Positions 24,135-27,063 of a stretch of 27,063 bases of DNA are shown here, in pieces. The notes below the pieces were generated by a model. The model did no database searches. It was not told the origin of the DNA and was given only the letters and a program-made list of their open reading frames with translations. The translations under genes were made by a program, and so were the position numbers. Origin of the DNA: a virus. Taxonomy: Duplodnaviria; Caudoviricetes. Position 1 is the stretch's first letter, and every line of letters begins with the position of its first letter. Location of the stretch: the IMG/VR virus record IMGVR_UViG_3300022863_000006, positions 1 to 27,063 of that record, one strand, 5' to 3'.

Positions 24135-24164
24135 GCCGCGAAGGTAGCACGGATCAGGGGGTCG

Positions 24165-24698
24165 TCAGGACTTGATCGATCCATCCAGCGGGAGAGATGC
24201 CTGGGGATCGACGGGCCTTGGCGACAAGTCCCAAACGCCTTTACAGACGAGACCTTCACGTGCGCACAGCGCCTTCACATCGTGATCGTCCGAATAGACC
24301 ACCACTGCGCCGACGACCTTGGCGATGGCTACAATTTGATGATCGAACTTGACCTTGGATTTTGGTCCTTTACCGCGAGCCGTGCGACGTAGCATCTCCG
24401 CGCATTCGATCGCGGCGCGCTGGCCAAAGCCCTCCACGCGAATCCTGGCCAGGCCATTTAATACCCCGAGTGTCGCGCTAACGTCTGTGCGCGCCGAGGC
24501 CAAAAGTTCCGTCAGGACCGGAGTCGGCAGGACGATATGGGTGCGCTCATCGTCAAGTGTTTCGAGCAAGAATGTCAGACGGTCCCGCGCACCGGCTGCG
24601 TCTTGGTTTTGATCGTCAGGACGCGGCGGAGGCGGCGCTAATGCCACACCATCGGTTACCAGCAGCATAAGAGAGGAATCAAAAACGCATGCGGCCAT
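24165..24698 (-). CDS. PIN-domain ribonuclease
   Basis: 177 aa. The four acidic positions of PIN domains are present: VFDSS, VLTELL, KFDHQIVAIA and YSDDHD. TAATG overlap with the upstream gene. Confidence 0.8.
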   Translation of the reverse strand: MAACVFDSSLMLLVTDGVALAPPPPRPDDQNQDAAGARDRLTFLLETLDDERTHIVLPTPVLTELLASARTDVSATLGVLNGLARIRVEGFGQRAAIECAEMLRRTARGKGPKSKVKFDHQIVAIAKVVGAVVVYSDDHDVKALCAREGLVCKGVWDLSPRPVDPQASLPLDGSIKS

Positions 24699-25426
24699 TA
24701 CTCGGCCCTCAGTTCACGCAGGCGGTCCCAAGCGTCCGCCGCATCACCTTGGCCAAAGCCGCCCGCGGCCTGCAATTTTTGCGCAACCTCGGTCAAGTTC
24801 CCCTTGTCCAGCACATCAAACGCATCGGCCCTGAAATCCACCAGATCCCAGACGCCGTCCTGATTGCGCCGCCAACGGCCACGCCCGCTTAGGCGCAGCG
24901 GCGCACCAAACAAATGCTTGCCTAGAGAACGAGCCAGATCATGGCTGACGACGCAGGTGTAGATCCGCGTGCCATCACGCAACGTCGCGTGCGCCGTTTC
25001 ATCCCGGCCACCGATGCGAATCAGCTCTCCCTGCAGCGAACCTGGCTCCGCCACTATCGGCAGTTGTGCGATGCGCGCATTGGCTCCTGGAAAACGAATA
25101 ATGATCCCCGGTTCACCGTCCGCGACAAGTGAACCGCCCGTGTTGTCTTCGCTTAACATTTCGTCGAGGCGGTCGACCGCGCGTCGGGCATCATCCAGCG
25201 AACCGTCTCGCGCGGCGTCAAGTCTTGCGCGCACCTTGGGAACCGCCATCGGCAACGAGAGTGCGATTATTCTGGTTGAACCATCGGCAATGCCATCGAG
25301 GCGCGTCAAAGCTTCTTCGCCGAGTAACCTCGAAAATTCGTGGATATAGGCCGCTAACCGTCGCATCGGGAGGTCGGCTGGTGCGATCTTGTCGATCCGA
25401 AATACGAATTTGGTCGCGCCGCTCAA
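24698..25426 (-). CDS. Hypothetical protein with probable C-terminal OB-like beta domain; partner of the PIN gene
   Basis: 242 aa; TTG start with a GAGG RBS; beta-rich C-terminus GSLQGELIRIGG...LRLSGRGRW. Translationally coupled to the PIN gene. Confidence 0.7.
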   Translation of the reverse strand: MSGATKFVFRIDKIAPADLPMRRLAAYIHEFSRLLGEEALTRLDGIADGSTRIIALSLPMAVPKVRARLDAARDGSLDDARRAVDRLDEMLSEDNTGGSLVADGEPGIIIRFPGANARIAQLPIVAEPGSLQGELIRIGGRDETAHATLRDGTRIYTCVVSHDLARSLGKHLFGAPLRLSGRGRWRRNQDGVWDLVDFRADAFDVLDKGNLTEVAQKLQAAGGFGQGDAADAWDRLRELRAE

Positions 25427-25518
25427 AACTGCCGCCTCTTACTGTTCCGGCGCTCCGGTGCTGAAAACGATGTCTGCCCCGGGTTTTGCGGCGAGTCTGG
25501 CGGAGTTTCGGCTTCGTG

Positions 25519-26832
25519 TCAGCCGGGCATGTCAGACACCTTCGCCAGCACGCTCCGCATCGACACCACCAGCAAGTCAGCGATGCTGGCATAGGCACCG
25601 CTCGCACGCTGCCAGTTGAGGTCGTCAGGCCGTTGAGCGTTGTGCTTGGCGACGTAGGACTCGGCCCGTTCCTTGGCAGTCTCCGCGGCCGCCTCCGGCG
25701 TGCTGCCGGTGCGGATCGCTGCCAGGAAGTCGCGCCGGACCTCGGCCTGCATCACGTCATCGAAGTCAGCGGCGCCAACAGGGATGCCTTTGCCCCCCAG
25801 CGCCTTCGATTTGAGCTTCATCCATTGGTTCTGCCGGCGCATCTCGGTGAACACCCGTTCGGTATCGATCTCGTTCAGATCGTTCAGCCAGTGCGCCACC
25901 TCCTGCACCATCTCCCGCGCCTCCTCCTGGTCCAGTCGGCACTTAGCCGGCTTGGGGACGGGCATGAACACGCCCGGCCTGAACACGCCGGGCCTGTGCG
26001 TGCCGTGCGAGCGCCCCTCGCCCCAGACGAGCGGCTTCATGTCCTTGGCGATCATCAGCTCGACCAGCCAAACCTTGTCGACCTTGCGGAAATCGATCAC
26101 CTGGACGCTGTCGGCGACGAACTGGCGGACGCTGCGGCGGTGGATCCACCACTGATCGCCGCCCTGTTCGGCCACCCGAGCCGTCCCGCGCCTCTGGGCG
26201 TACAGCCAACCCTTGTCGATCCAGCCGGTGACGACGTGGACGTCGATCCCGAACAGCTTCGCCAGGCCGTTCGCGGTGTAGTGGTCGGGATCCTCCCTTG
26301 TCACGCCATGCCGGGTGATCTGGCTGACGATAGCGACCTGGGTCCGCTGGAAACCCGCCTTCGCGAGCCATCGCTGCAACGTTCCGGGATCCAGATGCGC
26401 GTTCTCCAGGACGATCTCGTTCTCCTCTGCGATCCATGGCGGCTCTTTGAACCGCGGCACCGCGATGCCGAGCTTGATGGCGCGGGTGCGGATCCACTGG
26501 CGCGAGCGGTCGATGGTGCGCGCCAGGTTCTTGATCGCGTTGCGGTCGGGGTTGTTCTGATAGGTGCGCCTGATCATCCCGTCGATATAATCGTTGGTCT
26601 TGGCCGGTAGCGCGTGCGGTCCACCTCGTGGCGAGCGCAGTTTCAGTCTAAGTGCGTATTGATAGATGGCGCTTGGAGAGCGGCCGGGCAGCTTGGCCAG
26701 GCAGGCCTGAATACCGCCCTCAGGATAGGCATTGCGGAGAATCATCGTCTCCCGCCCGGTCCAGAACTTGCGCGGGCCCTCGCGCGGTTCGCCGACGGTG
26801 TCAGCATTTTCGAGAAGCCAGGTGATGCTCAT
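25519..26832 (-). CDS. Multi-HTH DNA-binding protein
   Basis: 437 aa. It has Myb-like repeats (FWTGRETMILRNAY, PWIAEENEIVLENA) and an excisionase/MerR-type HTH (YTANGLAKLFGIDVHVVTGWIDKGWL). Confidence 0.7.
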   Translation of the reverse strand: MSITWLLENADTVGEPREGPRKFWTGRETMILRNAYPEGGIQACLAKLPGRSPSAIYQYALRLKLRSPRGGPHALPAKTNDYIDGMIRRTYQNNPDRNAIKNLARTIDRSRQWIRTRAIKLGIAVPRFKEPPWIAEENEIVLENAHLDPGTLQRWLAKAGFQRTQVAIVSQITRHGVTREDPDHYTANGLAKLFGIDVHVVTGWIDKGWLYAQRRGTARVAEQGGDQWWIHRRSVRQFVADSVQVIDFRKVDKVWLVELMIAKDMKPLVWGEGRSHGTHRPGVFRPGVFMPVPKPAKCRLDQEEAREMVQEVAHWLNDLNEIDTERVFTEMRRQNQWMKLKSKALGGKGIPVGAADFDDVMQAEVRRDFLAAIRTGSTPEAAAETAKERAESYVAKHNAQRPDDLNWQRASGAYASIADLLVVSMRSVLAKVSDMPG

Positions 26833-27026
26833 CGCTTGACGAGCCTGAGCTCGACGCCGGCATCCCGCATGTAGCCGATAGCCGCCCGCGCGATCCTGGC
26901 CGCCGACTCCATGCTGTGGCCGGTGCCCTTTTCGACCGCGCGCGCAATACGATCGGCGGCGATTTCTTCAGCTTCTGTCATGGTGACGTCCTGGACTTGC
27001 AGAATCGCGGCGCCTGATTGAAACAC
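26829..27026 (-). CDS. Hypothetical small protein
   Basis: Up to 65 aa with an uncertain start; ATGA overlap with the downstream gene. Confidence 0.5.
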   Translation of the reverse strand: MFQSGAAILQVQDVTMTEAEEIAADRIARAVEKGTGHSMESAARIARAAIGYMRDAGVELRLVKR

Positions 27027-27063
27027 TATGCGCTTTCAAAAGGACAGAGCGAGATGGCGCAAG

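Larger units (their letters stand above)
23668..24159 (+). repeat. 25-bp direct repeat B downstream of the two small genes
   Basis: GCCGCGA(C/A)GGTAGCACGGATCAGGG occurs at 23668-23692 and 24135-24159. On the minus strand it contains TGCTACC(G/T)T, an extended -10-like motif. Confidence 0.8.
1..27063. mobile_element. Temperate P22-like phage/prophage segment (ends not in window)
   Basis: The gene order is immunity, replication, antitermination, packaging, head and tail. No host housekeeping genes and no lysis genes were recognised. Confidence 0.92.

Noticed and set aside
23368-24159. Integron attC cassette array
   Set aside because: The repeats are direct and lack attC-type palindromes with GTTRRRY ends. 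The recombinase shows no evident IntI-specific insertion.

Overview
This GC-rich 27 kb window is a contiguous piece of a temperate, P22-like (short-tailed) phage or prophage, probably from an alphaproteobacterial host (inference). Nearly all genes are on the minus strand. Reading from high to low coordinates, the order is: multi-HTH protein; OB-fold-like + PIN gene pair; two small repeat-flanked genes; divergent cI/cro-like switch; ProQ/FinO-domain protein; 33-aa leader ORF coupled to a replication initiator that contains an iteron origin; small genes; NusG-family antiterminator; short tyrosine recombinase; ParB-N protein; terS and terL; P22-like portal, scaffold and coat; two decoration-like paralogs; gp4-like adaptor; a gp10-like hub split in two with an inserted SPRY domain; tailspike, needle and fibre genes; a sulfotransferase-like/GNAT fusion; and the start of an ejection protein. 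The best candidate for an undescribed system is an RNA-based replication-control module. It combines a phage ProQ/FinO gene, a predicted ~60-nt antisense RNA (promoter and terminator visible) that covers the start of a leader ORF, and translational coupling of that ORF to rep. A resolvase-like recombinase with an adjacent 12-6-12 inverted repeat also suggests a possible phage-plasmid lifestyle. All family assignments come from motif recognition by eye; no searches were run.
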